Shown here: positions 47,766-57,678 of the stretch, piece by piece
Position numbering within the stretch: position 1 is the stretch's first letter
Layout: every line of letters starts with the position of its first letter
Assembly (NCBI GenBank): GCA_965197635.1
Contig: CBDANN010000005.1
Location: forward strand, 346,944-410,943
Length of the DNA stretch: 64,000 nt
From: Dehalococcoidia bacterium
GTDB taxonomy: Bacteria > Chloroflexota > Dehalococcoidia > Lucifugimonadales > UBA3495
Reading direction: 5' to 3'
Position numbers and translations under genes: made by a program
The notes under the pieces: model-generated
The model's database searches: none
Seen by the model: only the letters and a program-made list of their open reading frames with translations
Told to the model about the DNA's origin: nothing

Positions 47766-48013
47766 GCTTCGGCCTCCCCGATAAGGTGTTGTTCTGCTGT
47801 TCCCTACGCCGTTGGCATTTTACCAACGGCGTCGCCACATTCTCAACCCGCACGACCAACCGCAGCGACGGTCTGACGCTCGGTGTTTTGACTGGATAAT
47901 ACGGCGCAGGGCAATTTTTGGATTGCCCAATCATCAACGACCGGGCGGAACGGCGACATTTTGTCCTAAGGATCCTAAGCAGAGATGACTGACCCGGAAG
48001 AACTGAATAGGCT

Positions 48014-48649
48014 TCAACGCTGGAGTTCGGACAGGCGTTGCTCCAGCCGGCGTTGTTGCAACGAGATAGTTAAATCGCCCCGGGTGCGTTCCAGCACGCC
48101 GCGCATTGCGTCCGTGCTGTGTCGCAGGCCTCCGGTCACAGCTTCCGGGAAGTCCACCGTCACCAATATGCCGTAAATCTCGTCCATCAGGTCCATCAAC
48201 TCTTCGCAACGACCGGTTTCATCGCGGCGCAAAGCATCGAGAATATAACGCCGCAACTCCCCTATCACCTCCGCCATTCCGTTCAGGTAAGCCGGCGGAT
48301 CCATGTTCAGCGTCTCCGCGTCCGGGATGTCGCCTCCCGAGATTACGGCCAACGTTATGTTGGCCTCCGTGAACTCCTTGCGGGCGTCGGACAGGAATCC
48401 GGCGTAATAAATTTCAGGGTTATGCGTCCGTATGCTGCGCGTTTCCGACAACCGCTCTGCCGCCTCTGCGATAAGCCGCCGCGCCTCGTCAAAGTCGTTG
48501 CGATGGACCGCGCGTATGGCGTTAGCCGAGTGGCGAATGACCTGCCGGGATACCGCCAACGCCTGCTCGCGAGCGAGGTGCCGCCCCGCCAGTTCTTCGA
48601 CCGCTTGCGCGGACAACGCCGACAAGTGTGGCCCGTAGCGGGTAGGCAT
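48014..48649 (-). CDS. translin-family protein
   Basis: 211 aa, all-helical, with the AYLNGMAEVIGELRRY block typical of translin/TRAX-like proteins. Confidence 0.6.
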   Translation of the reverse strand: MPTRYGPHLSALSAQAVEELAGRHLAREQALAVSRQVIRHSANAIRAVHRNDFDEARRLIAEAAERLSETRSIRTHNPEIYYAGFLSDARKEFTEANITLAVISGGDIPDAETLNMDPPAYLNGMAEVIGELRRYILDALRRDETGRCEELMDLMDEIYGILVTVDFPEAVTGGLRHSTDAMRGVLERTRGDLTISLQQRRLEQRLSELQR

Positions 48650-48662
48650 TCGGAAACTCGCC

Positions 48663-49634
48663 CTAAACCCGGCCGCCGGCGGACCGGATTGCTTTGGTCA
48701 ACGCGGCAGCGGCGGCCTCCGGCTCGGGAGCGTTTCCCACTGCCGCTGTCACGCATATGGCGTCGGCTCCCGCTTCGACCACCGGCGCAACATTCGCCGC
48801 AGTGATGCCGCCTATCGCTACCAACGGCACCTGGGCGGCGGCACGAGCCTGCTTCAACCGCTCCGGCCCTTGAGGCGCTCTGGTCACCTGCTTGGTAGTC
48901 GTGGTGTACATCGCTCCAAACGCCACGTGGTCCGCTCCCATCTGTTGGGACTCGACAATCAAATCAATCTCCCGGTTGGAGCGGCCCAACACCTGTCCGG
49001 GAGCCAGGATTTTCCGGGCCTCGGATACCGGCAGGTCGGTCTGGCCCACGTGCAGCCCGACATCATCCCCACCCAAGGCGGCAGCCAGATCGGCGTGGTC
49101 GTTGATAATCAGCAACGCACCATTGGCCGCGCACAAATCCCGTAAGGCCTCGCCCAACGGCAATTGTTCGCCCTTATCCCGCAACTTGTCGCGCAGTTGC
49201 AGCATCCGGGCGCCGCCGTTGATAGCGGCTCGCGCGATATCCAAAGGTTCGCGCCCCCCCGTGACTTCTGGATCTATGATCACGTACAGGCCACGAATGC
49301 GGTCAGCCTGCTCCTTACGCATCACTCCGCCGATACGGGCCGTCGCGTCATCCAGGGCTCTCCGCAGTTGCAGCGCCGAGTCCGCGCCGATTTGTCCTGC
49401 GTTCAGCATCACTTCCAATAGATTACGGGCCGCGCCGGCCAACGCGAGCGCTTCGCGCCGGTTTCCTGGCCGCCCGGCGTTGGCCGGCGTGGGGCGTGGC
49501 GCCTCAATCCCGGTGTCCAGCCAGCCGATTTCACCGCGCATCAGACCTTCCGGGATACCATCCGACGCCAACAGTCCCTCCAGGCAACCCACCAGGGCCG
49601 GCGTCAGATCAGGGGCGTTTTGTTCCGTCGTCAC
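48663..49634 (-). CDS. thiE: thiamine-phosphate synthase with about 105-aa N-terminal extension
   Basis: The C-terminal 215 aa carry LYVIIDP...LQLRDK...HVGQTDLP...AIGGI ThiE motifs. The N-terminal extension is unassigned. Confidence 0.85.
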   Translation of the reverse strand: MTTEQNAPDLTPALVGCLEGLLASDGIPEGLMRGEIGWLDTGIEAPRPTPANAGRPGNRREALALAGAARNLLEVMLNAGQIGADSALQLRRALDDATARIGGVMRKEQADRIRGLYVIIDPEVTGGREPLDIARAAINGGARMLQLRDKLRDKGEQLPLGEALRDLCAANGALLIINDHADLAAALGGDDVGLHVGQTDLPVSEARKILAPGQVLGRSNREIDLIVESQQMGADHVAFGAMYTTTTKQVTRAPQGPERLKQARAAAQVPLVAIGGITAANVAPVVEAGADAICVTAAVGNAPEPEAAAAALTKAIRSAGGRV

Positions 49635-49966
49635 AGATCAAGTCCTTTTGGAGCTTCGCCACTTCGGGCGGCGTCAATCGATTGGCGCACCGAGTCAGGC
49701 ATATCCACTCCATGTCGAGAGAAGGATTCCTCCACGTGCCGGCCGATGTTTCTCGGGTCGCTATAGTAGTCCCGATTATTGCCGACCATGGAATTAGCCT
49801 CGTGGACTCCGGCGGTGGTTTTGCCCATGGCGAAGGTGGACATTCGCCGTTCCATCTGTTCGCTGCCGCAACCCTTGCACATGGCGGGGAACGGGGTACT
49901 AATGGAGCGCACGAAAAAAGACGAAACTTCCGCGCACTGCTGGCACCGATATTCGTAGATGGGCAT
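49631..49966 (-). CDS. FmdB-family zinc-ribbon protein
   Basis: MPIYEYRCQQC...CKGCG (CxxC...CxxC). The stop overlaps the thiE start by 4 nt. Confidence 0.75.
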   Translation of the reverse strand: MPIYEYRCQQCAEVSSFFVRSISTPFPAMCKGCGSEQMERRMSTFAMGKTTAGVHEANSMVGNNRDYYSDPRNIGRHVEESFSRHGVDMPDSVRQSIDAARSGEAPKGLDL

Positions 49967-50028
49967 TGCACTTAACCGGTTCGCCTGTCATTGCCAGCAC
50001 ATCGGACCTGTTCCGCAACGAGGTCGAA

Positions 50029-50346
50029 TTAATTGTCCGAGTGGCTGATTTCATGGCGATGTTCGTGGAAGTCTGGAGTCACCACCCCGCCCATACCGTC
50101 GCTCATCCGTCCCATATGGGCATCAATGCTCCCAACGTGGCTATTGTCCAAGTCGGCTGCCGCGTTGTCCGGCATCCAATTTAAGCTGCCTCCCCACGAG
50201 CGGTGGAACGAAAAACCGGACACCAACCGCGTCAAATCGGCCCCGGCGCAGTTGTTGCAGGCCAAAGCACCAGCGGGCGTCCAACTGTACACCAGCCGAG
50301 ATTGGAGCCGGTCGCACTGGTTGCATCGATATTCAAAGAGTGGCAT
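50029..50346 (-). CDS. FmdB-family zinc-ribbon protein (paralog)
   Basis: ATG 50346 (MPLFEYRCNQC...CNNCAG) within ORF 50029..50415. Confidence 0.7.
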   Translation of the reverse strand: MPLFEYRCNQCDRLQSRLVYSWTPAGALACNNCAGADLTRLVSGFSFHRSWGGSLNWMPDNAAADLDNSHVGSIDAHMGRMSDGMGGVVTPDFHEHRHEISHSDN

Positions 50347-50469
50347 AACGTGCGCATTGTAGCATAGGGTCTCCGCGCCTGCCGCCAGTGGGCCTGATGT
50401 ATAATGCGGCACCATCGATGGCCGTTTCGGAGCGCAACAGTCTAGATAGATTCATGCGGGAGAGCGTTC

Positions 50470-53265
50470 ATGGCAACTTCAAACCAAATTTCAATGCCGA
50501 TGACGATAACGTCTCCCGGACGGGCGGCTCCAATGTTGCTGATAATTGACGGCCACGCCATGGTTCACCGCTCGTATCGGGCGATCAGCGTCAACCGTAA
50601 CCTCACCGTGTCCACGACCGGCGAGGATGTTACGGGAGTGTACGGTTTTGCCAGCGTTTTCATGCGCGCTTTGAACGAATGGCAACCCACCCACGTCACG
50701 GTAGCTTTTGATACACCCTCCCCAACCTTCCGACACGAGCGGTTTCCGGCATACAAAGCCCAACGACCACCAACGCCTCCCGAATTGCGCGGTCAGTTTG
50801 ACCGGGTAAAGGAATTGATGGCCTCCTTTGCGGTCCCGATTTACGAACTGCCCGGGTTTGAAGCCGACGACCTGATCGGCACGTTGTCCCGGCAGGCGGA
50901 AGCGGCCGGGGTCGAAACCGTAATCCTCACCGGCGACCGGGACACCTTCCAACTGATTACTCCTATGGTGCGCGTTGACCTGGCCAGCAGCGAGCGAGAC
51001 CGACGTATCGTGGACGAAACCGAACTGGCGGAACGATACGGCGGATTGACCGCTGCCCAACAACCCGATTACAAAGCCCTGGTCGGCGACAAGTCCGACA
51101 ACATCCCCGGCGTACCCGGAGTGGGCGACAAGACCGCCACTACGTTGCTGACCGAGTACCAAACCCTTGAGGGCATCTACGAGCATATCGAGCAGATAAC
51201 TCAAAAGCGCGTCCACAACAACTTGGCAGACAATCGGGACGCTGCTTTTGAGTACCGCTTCCTCACCACCATCAACTGCGACGCTCCAGTAGCGCTCGAC
51301 TTGGATGCCTGCCTATTCGGACACTACGAGCGGGCCGAAGTCGTCTCTTTGATGACTGCCCTTGAGTTCCACACCATCGTTGGCCGGGTACCGTCTCCGG
51401 ACGCGCCATGGGCTACCGCCTCCGCGTTCCCGGGAGGCGCCAACCAGGCGGAGGCCAAGGCAATCCCTGCGGCGACCGAAAGCGATTACCACGTCGTTGC
51501 CAATCGGGACGACCTGGAGGCCATGATCGCCGCCATTCGCGAAGCCGGTTCCTTCGCCTTTGACACTGAATCCAGCAGCACCGATCCGATGCACGCTGAC
51601 CTCGCCGGCCTCAGCTTCAGCATTCAAGGAGGTCGCGCCTGGTACGTTCCGGTGGGGCACCACAACGGAGACCAGCTCCCGTTGGACGAAGTTATGGCCG
51701 CCGTGCGCCCCCTCTTCATCGCAGACGACCTGCAACGTTGCGCCCACAATGCCAACTACGACCTGACGCTCCTCAGCAACTACGGAATAGATCCATACGG
51801 CGTGATCGACCACGACACCATGATCGCCGCGCACCTGTTGGGCAACGCCCGCCTGGGCCTCAAGCCCCTGGCTCTCACGGTGCTGGGCCGAGAAATGACC
51901 GAGATCACCGAACTGATCGGCAAGGGCGCCCGTCAGAAGACCTTCAACGAGGTTGACATTGCCGACGGCGCGCCCTACGCGGCTGCCGACGCCGATTGCA
52001 CGTTGCAACTCCGCCAGCACTTCGAGCCGCCCATCAAAGCCCAGGGTCTTTCTGACCTCCTGGCGAATGTGGAACTGCCACTGGTCCCCGTCCTAGTGGA
52101 AATGCAACAGGCGGGTGTCAGGTTGGACGCTGGCATCCTTCACGAAATGTCCAGAGACCTGAACGAGCAGCTGGAACAAATCCAAACAGCCCTGTACGCT
52201 GACATCGGCCATGCGGTCAACATCAACTCGCCCAAGCAGCTGAGCGACCTGCTTTTCGGCGAGTTGGGCCTGCCCAAAACACGCCGCACCCGGTCTGGTT
52301 ACTCCACTGACGCCAACGCTTTGGAAGGTCTCAAAGGGCTCCATCCGGTGGTGGACAAAATTCTCGATTACCGCCAGGTGTCCAAGCTCAAGTCAACCTA
52401 CGTTGACGCTTTGCCGCAGATGGTCAACCCCCGCACCGGGCGCATCCACACGTCTTACCACCAGACCGGGTCCGCCACCGGACGTGTCAGCAGCAGCGAT
52501 CCCAATTTGCAGAACATTCCGGTCCGGACCGAGTTGGGTCGCCAGGTCCGCCGCGCCTTCGTTGCCGCCTCAGATTGTCAGCTCTTGTCCGCCGACTACT
52601 CCCAGATCGAGCTTCGCGTTTTGGCGCATATGTCGCAGGACCCGTCGCTCCTGGACGCCTTCCGTCGCGGTGAAGATATTCATGCCGCCACCGCCAGCCA
52701 GATGTTCAACGTTCCGATCAACGACGTTGACGGCGAGCAGCGGCGCATCGCCAAGGTGCTCAACTTTGGCGTTATCTACGGTTTGGGGCCTTTTGGCATT
52801 TCCCAACAAACCGGTTTCAGCCGTGAGGAAGGTCGCCATTTCATAGACACCTATCTGTCTCGATATCCCGGTATCAACGGCTACCTGGAGTCGGTGAAGG
52901 ATCAAACACGCGGCACCATGTACGCCGCGACATTATTGGGCCGACGCCGCTACCTGCCGGATATCCAGTCGACCAACCACAACACTCGCGCCGCCGCCGA
53001 ACGCATGGCGATCAACATGCCCATCCAGGGCACCGCCGCCGACATTATGAAAATCGCCATGATCAACGTCCGCGCACGCATGGTCAACGAGCAAATGCGC
53101 TCCAAAATGATCCTCCAGGTTCACGACGAACTGGTGTTTGAAGTGCTCGACGATGAGATGGACGCAATGACCGCGTTGGCGCTGGACGAAATGCCGGCTG
53201 CAATGGACCTGGACGTCACGCTCAAAGTTGACGTGAAATCCGGCTATTCCTGGGGCGATTTCTAA
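50470..53265 (+). CDS. polA: DNA polymerase I
   Basis: 931 aa with a 5' nuclease domain, a 3'-5' exonuclease domain (FDTES) and pol motifs A, B and C (DYSQIELR, RRIAKVLNFGVIYG, QVHDE). Confidence 0.95.
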   Translation: MATSNQISMPMTITSPGRAAPMLLIIDGHAMVHRSYRAISVNRNLTVSTTGEDVTGVYGFASVFMRALNEWQPTHVTVAFDTPSPTFRHERFPAYKAQRPPTPPELRGQFDRVKELMASFAVPIYELPGFEADDLIGTLSRQAEAAGVETVILTGDRDTFQLITPMVRVDLASSERDRRIVDETELAERYGGLTAAQQPDYKALVGDKSDNIPGVPGVGDKTATTLLTEYQTLEGIYEHIEQITQKRVHNNLADNRDAAFEYRFLTTINCDAPVALDLDACLFGHYERAEVVSLMTALEFHTIVGRVPSPDAPWATASAFPGGANQAEAKAIPAATESDYHVVANRDDLEAMIAAIREAGSFAFDTESSSTDPMHADLAGLSFSIQGGRAWYVPVGHHNGDQLPLDEVMAAVRPLFIADDLQRCAHNANYDLTLLSNYGIDPYGVIDHDTMIAAHLLGNARLGLKPLALTVLGREMTEITELIGKGARQKTFNEVDIADGAPYAAADADCTLQLRQHFEPPIKAQGLSDLLANVELPLVPVLVEMQQAGVRLDAGILHEMSRDLNEQLEQIQTALYADIGHAVNINSPKQLSDLLFGELGLPKTRRTRSGYSTDANALEGLKGLHPVVDKILDYRQVSKLKSTYVDALPQMVNPRTGRIHTSYHQTGSATGRVSSSDPNLQNIPVRTELGRQVRRAFVAASDCQLLSADYSQIELRVLAHMSQDPSLLDAFRRGEDIHAATASQMFNVPINDVDGEQRRIAKVLNFGVIYGLGPFGISQQTGFSREEGRHFIDTYLSRYPGINGYLESVKDQTRGTMYAATLLGRRRYLPDIQSTNHNTRAAAERMAINMPIQGTAADIMKIAMINVRARMVNEQMRSKMILQVHDELVFEVLDDEMDAMTALALDEMPAAMDLDVTLKVDVKSGYSWGDF

Positions 53266-53311
53266 CCACGCAACCGAACCCCACTCTAGCCGCTCAGGAG
53301 GTCAAATCGCT

Positions 53312-54193
53312 GTGGAACTGCTCCGTAGCCTCGTATTTGTCCCGGGCAACCGGCCGAACATGCTGGAAAGGGCGCTGGATTTTGGCGCCGACATCGTGAT
53401 GGTCGATCTGGAAGACTCGGTCCCGCCCGGAGAAAAGTCCGCCGCCCGCGAGCTGGCGGTGGAATGGGCTCCTCGACTGACCGCCGCCGGCCGTCGGGTC
53501 ATGGTGCGAGTCAACTCACTGGACACCGGGCTGACCGCAGACGAGCTTGCCGCCGTAGTATCTCCGGAATTGGCGGGTATCAGCATCGGGAAAGGCAACA
53601 CCTCATGGGACTTGCAACAAGTTGACCGCCTGCTCGCCCCCCTTGAGTCCAGCGCTGGAATAGCAGTAGGGAGCATCAAAGTCATCCCGTGGATCGAGAC
53701 CGCCATGGCCATAGTTCACGTCTATGAGATGGCCCAAGCTTCGCCGCGCGTCGTCGGTATCGCTTTCGGTGCGGAGGATTACACCAACGACATGGGAGTC
53801 ATCCGCAGCGACTTCGGCGAGGAGTGCTATTATGCGCGCTCCGTCGTGGCAGTAGCGGCGCGCGCCGCCGGCGTCGCCGCCCTGGACGGCCCCTTCGTCG
53901 GTTTCCGCGACCCTGATGGTTTGAGAAAGGACGCTGGGGCCGCCCGTCAAATGGGGTACACCGGCAAGTTTGCCATTCATCCCGCTCAAATCGACATCAT
54001 CAATGAGACTTTCTCCCCGCATCCGGACGACGTGGCATACGCCCGCCGTGTGGTGGAAGCCTGGGCAGAAGCCGAAGCCGCCGGCCGTGGTTCACTGTCC
54101 ATTGACGGCCGTATGGTGGACGTGCCTGTGGTGAAGCGGGCGCAGAACCTGTTGGACCAGGTCGCCGCAATTGCGTCGCAGGCCGGCGCTTGA
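53312..54193 (+). CDS. HpcH/HpaI aldolase / citrate lyase beta subunit-like (CitE family) lyase
   Basis: GTG start with AGGAGG 10 nt upstream. SLVFVPGNRP...DIVMVDLEDSV...FGAEDY motifs. Confidence 0.8.
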   Translation: MELLRSLVFVPGNRPNMLERALDFGADIVMVDLEDSVPPGEKSAARELAVEWAPRLTAAGRRVMVRVNSLDTGLTADELAAVVSPELAGISIGKGNTSWDLQQVDRLLAPLESSAGIAVGSIKVIPWIETAMAIVHVYEMAQASPRVVGIAFGAEDYTNDMGVIRSDFGEECYYARSVVAVAARAAGVAALDGPFVGFRDPDGLRKDAGAARQMGYTGKFAIHPAQIDIINETFSPHPDDVAYARRVVEAWAEAEAAGRGSLSIDGRMVDVPVVKRAQNLLDQVAAIASQAGA

Positions 54194-54209
54194 CGCGGAG
54201 CCAATTTAC

Positions 54210-54560
54210 ATGGCTGCTGACACCCGCATCACGTGTGTTACCGCGGACGCCGTGCCGGGCCGTGAGGTTTCGGATGTATTGGACACCGTTATGGGCACGG
54301 CATATTTCGAACATTCCAATAGCGGCGGCCTGATACCAAATCCCTTCAACAAGGGACGACCCAAGCCATCTTCAATAGTAGGGACCTGCAAGTCAGCGAT
54401 CGAAGAAATGCGAATGGCCGCTCGCAAGATTGGCGCGAATGCTGTCGTTGGTGTGCGGTTTGATAGCGCGGTGGCGGGCATTTCAAAAGCCTCCTTCAAA
54501 TCGTGGCATCCAACTAGGGTTGAACACACCGCCTACGGCACGGCCGTCGCGCTGAACTGA
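54210..54560 (+). CDS. YbjQ-family (UPF0145) protein
   Basis: ATG 54210 within ORF 54171... EEMRMAARKIGANAVVGVRFD block typical of YbjQ. Confidence 0.6.
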   Translation: MAADTRITCVTADAVPGREVSDVLDTVMGTAYFEHSNSGGLIPNPFNKGRPKPSSIVGTCKSAIEEMRMAARKIGANAVVGVRFDSAVAGISKASFKSWHPTRVEHTAYGTAVALN

Positions 54561-54569
54561 GCGTTGTCG

Positions 54570-54944
54570 ATGCCAAGCGACCGCATCATTCTCACCGGGA
54601 TGCAGTTCTATGGTTTCCACGGGGTCAACCCGGAGGAACGCAGTCTGGGCCAACCCTTTGTCCTTGACCTCGAGGTGGAACTCGACCTTCGACCGGCTGC
54701 CGCCTCCGACCGCTTGGCCGACACCGTGAGTTACACGGAACTGTACCGGGCGGCCAAAGACGTGATGGAGGGTAAACCCCGGAATTTATTGGAAGCTGCC
54801 GCCGGGTCAATTGCCAGCCGGGTTCTTGAACAACACCCTGAAGTTTGCTCGGTTAGCGTTCGAGTGCAGAAACCCCGGCCACCCATCCGTGGCTCGGTGA
54901 TCGAGTCAGCCGCTGTCGAAATCTGCCGCCGCCGTGGAGAATAA
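54570..54944 (+). CDS. folB: dihydroneopterin aldolase
   Basis: IILTGMQFYGFHGVNPEERSLGQPFVLDLEV signature. ATG 54570. Confidence 0.85.
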   Translation: MPSDRIILTGMQFYGFHGVNPEERSLGQPFVLDLEVELDLRPAAASDRLADTVSYTELYRAAKDVMEGKPRNLLEAAAGSIASRVLEQHPEVCSVSVRVQKPRPPIRGSVIESAAVEICRRRGE

Positions 54945-55037
54945 TCCCGCCGTGGTCATGAAAAAAGTTTTTCTCGAACGGCGCCAACCCCACAGTAGGC
55001 CCTCAGGTGACATCTCTCCAGGAAAGGAACCGCCACT

Positions 55038-56669
55038 ATGACCACATCCCAAAGCATTGACGCCGGTATCGCCCAGCAGTTTAACGATGCTACCAAGCTG
55101 CAGTACATCAATCTCTCGAACAAACCCCCACTATACAAAACCTATCCTGGCCTCCGCGCGATCCCCCTGCCGGACGTTGCCGCTACGTCGGGCCTGGAGA
55201 TGCCCACCCTTGAGGCCATCGGGCACAGCCCCGGCTCAATCGGCTCCGGGCCTCTGTCGTTGGAGACCCTCGCCAATCTGTTGTATCACGCGGCGGCGGT
55301 AATCCGCCGACGGAACCTTCGTGATGGCGAAGTTCATTACCGTGCGGCCGCCTCCGCCGGCGCATTGTATCCCACGGAGGTGTATGTTGTTTGCGGCAAT
55401 TTGGACGGGTTGCGGGCCGGCGTCTATCACTTCAACCCACGCGACTTTACTCTAGCCCGCCTGCGCAACGGCGACTTGCGACGTTGGCTGGGAGCGGCGG
55501 CGGGCGACCACGCGGCCTATTCCGCCACCTTGGTGTTCACCACTCTCTTCTGGCGCAGCGCCTGGAAATATCGTGAACGCGGTTACCGCTACTGTTATTG
55601 GGATCTGGGCACCATAGCCGCCAATCTACTGGCCGCTGGCAATGCTGCCGCCACATCCGTCAACCTGCGGTTTGGTTTCGTTGACCGCCTTATCAGTGGG
55701 TTCCTGGGCCTTGACGGACACGATGAAGCCCCGGCGTTGCTGGCCACGATAGGCACGCCCGATGGGACGCTTCCTGCCGGTTCTGGGGACGTGCCCGGTC
55801 CGTTGCCGGAGGAGAGTAACGACCTGTTTTCGGGCGCCGTCGAATACCCGTTGTCCCGGGAATTGCATCGGGCTTCGCTGCTCCGGACACGCGAAGAGGT
55901 TCCCGCCTGGAATGACGCCTCCTCCAATCAGGCAAGCCTGGATCGTGAGGAACTTGACGGGACCGGGGAAAACTTCCGGCCGCTCAAATCGGGGACCGAT
56001 GGGGCATACGACGGAGCCACGGATCTTTCCGGCAATGCTTCGACTTCCCTGGGCGACTGCATACGCTTCCGAGGCTCCACGCGTCGCTTCGCCGCCGAAC
56101 CCATCACTTGGGAAGCTTTTCGGGCCATCGTCAACGCCGCCGGCAGCGGCATCAACTCGCCGCACTTCGCGTCGGGCTTTTCGCCGTACCTGAGCGTTTA
56201 TTTCATCGTCAACGCGGTCGATGGCCTGGCACCCGGCGCTTACTACTACAACGGTTTCTACAACGGGCTGCGGGCGCTCCAAACGGGTGATTTTCGTGAA
56301 ACCGCCGGTCACCTGGGGTTCGAGCAAGCTCTGCCGGCGGACGCATCCGCGGTGGCTTTCATCACCGCCGACCTGGCATTGATCGAGCAAGCATTCGGAC
56401 CACGCGGCTACCGTATGGCTCAGACCATCGCCGGGATCATTGGGGGTCGCATCTATCTCGCTGCCCATTCCGTCGGCCTGGGGGCCACCGGCCTCACGTT
56501 TTTTGACGACGCCGTGGCCGACTTCTTTGCCCCTCACGCCAACGGGCAGGAAGCTGTGTTCGTGGTGCCCATCGGCGTACCACACTCCGACAACCGGGTG
56601 AGGCCTTTCCGCTCTCGTCTGGCGGTCAGCCTGGACGCCCGCGCTCGGGGCGCCGGGCAGGCGGAATAA
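55038..56669 (+). CDS. SagB/ThcOx-family (double nitroreductase-fold) dehydrogenase
   Basis: 543 aa. RAAASAGALYPTEVYVV...GVYHFNP in the N-terminal half and a second nitroreductase-like half (RGSTRRF...). Confidence 0.7.
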   Translation: MTTSQSIDAGIAQQFNDATKLQYINLSNKPPLYKTYPGLRAIPLPDVAATSGLEMPTLEAIGHSPGSIGSGPLSLETLANLLYHAAAVIRRRNLRDGEVHYRAAASAGALYPTEVYVVCGNLDGLRAGVYHFNPRDFTLARLRNGDLRRWLGAAAGDHAAYSATLVFTTLFWRSAWKYRERGYRYCYWDLGTIAANLLAAGNAAATSVNLRFGFVDRLISGFLGLDGHDEAPALLATIGTPDGTLPAGSGDVPGPLPEESNDLFSGAVEYPLSRELHRASLLRTREEVPAWNDASSNQASLDREELDGTGENFRPLKSGTDGAYDGATDLSGNASTSLGDCIRFRGSTRRFAAEPITWEAFRAIVNAAGSGINSPHFASGFSPYLSVYFIVNAVDGLAPGAYYYNGFYNGLRALQTGDFRETAGHLGFEQALPADASAVAFITADLALIEQAFGPRGYRMAQTIAGIIGGRIYLAAHSVGLGATGLTFFDDAVADFFAPHANGQEAVFVVPIGVPHSDNRVRPFRSRLAVSLDARARGAGQAE

Positions 56670-56688
56670 CTTCGGCGGCCGGCAGACC

Positions 56689-57678
56689 TTATTCCCTGTC
56701 TTGTTCCGTTTCGGCCATTGTTGTGATGGCCGGCCAAGCGTCGGATTCAGCGTCCACGTCCAAAGTCGGCACGTCGTCGTTGGCGTCGGGGTCAACCACG
56801 ACTTCTTCGACTATTGCCAACGCCGCGCCTTCGTCCTCAGATTCCGGATCGCCGGTGACCACATGGTCCAAGTCTTCCACTGCCGTGTCAGCGTAATCGT
56901 CGTGGGCTTCCATGACTACGGGTTCGGCGCTCGCTAAAGGATTTCGTTGCGGCCTGTTCTGAGTGGACGGAAAAGACGCCACGCGCCGCAACGCCGGGTG
57001 CTGTTTGGTTTCTCGAATCAGGATCGACAAGCCATCAGGGCCGGATCCCACCACCGCTGCCGCGTACTCGTTTCCACCCGACATGAGTCTGCTTAGTCGA
57101 CGAGCCAATCGCCGCTCTATGGTGCCCAGGAAATTCCCATCCAGAGAAATGACCGCTATCCCTGCGTTATGAACGCTCAGAGACACTGCATCCCCCGAGC
57201 TGACAGACGTTATTGGGGGCGCCCCGCCCTGACGACGCAATGGCGTGATGCAGGATTTCCCACTGTCCGCGATGAACATGCGTGGCAGCCGGTCATCGCC
57301 GGGAGCGGCACGGCGACCGTCTCCACCACAAGCCTGCAATTGGTCCAGGCGCGCCAGGTTTTTGCGGGCAATGTTGTTGCCAGGAACACGGAGTTGCAGA
57401 CTTTCCAAAATCCGGCGAGCTTCGGCGTAGTCTCCCAGTTCCATCAGGGCTTTGGCCAAGCGGTTAGTCGCTTCACAGTCGTTGGGGTTCATATCCAGGA
57501 TGGACTGGTTCATCTCGACGGCCCGTTCCCATTCACCTTTTAGAGCGGCTTTGACGGCTGCCTTGCCCAAATTTGCCTTTTTGCGGCTGGCCGTTGACCC
57601 GCAAACCTGGGAAGCGCCAGGCTGATAAGCAGCATTCTTCAACATGATTGTCACTCCCTGCACAGTCCGGGATTGCAA
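56689..57678 (-). CDS. TPR-repeat protein with acidic C-terminal tail
   Basis: One to three TPR-like helices (WERAVEMNQSIL...LGDYAEARRILE). The C-terminus is rich in D and E. Confidence 0.55.
   Translation of the reverse strand: MQSRTVQGVTIMLKNAAYQPGASQVCGSTASRKKANLGKAAVKAALKGEWERAVEMNQSILDMNPNDCEATNRLAKALMELGDYAEARRILESLQLRVPGNNIARKNLARLDQLQACGGDGRRAAPGDDRLPRMFIADSGKSCITPLRRQGGAPPITSVSSGDAVSLSVHNAGIAVISLDGNFLGTIERRLARRLSRLMSGGNEYAAAVVGSGPDGLSILIRETKQHPALRRVASFPSTQNRPQRNPLASAEPVVMEAHDDYADTAVEDLDHVVTGDPESEDEGAALAIVEEVVVDPDANDDVPTLDVDAESDAWPAITTMAETEQDRE

Noticed and set aside
47808-47833. The 9-bp-stem hairpin CGCCGTTGG-N8-CCAACGGCG as an intrinsic terminator of the thiE-translin operon
   Set aside because: No U-tract follows it on the relevant (minus) strand. 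It could equally be a 5'-UTR structure of the downstream operon, and the evidence is insufficient to call it.
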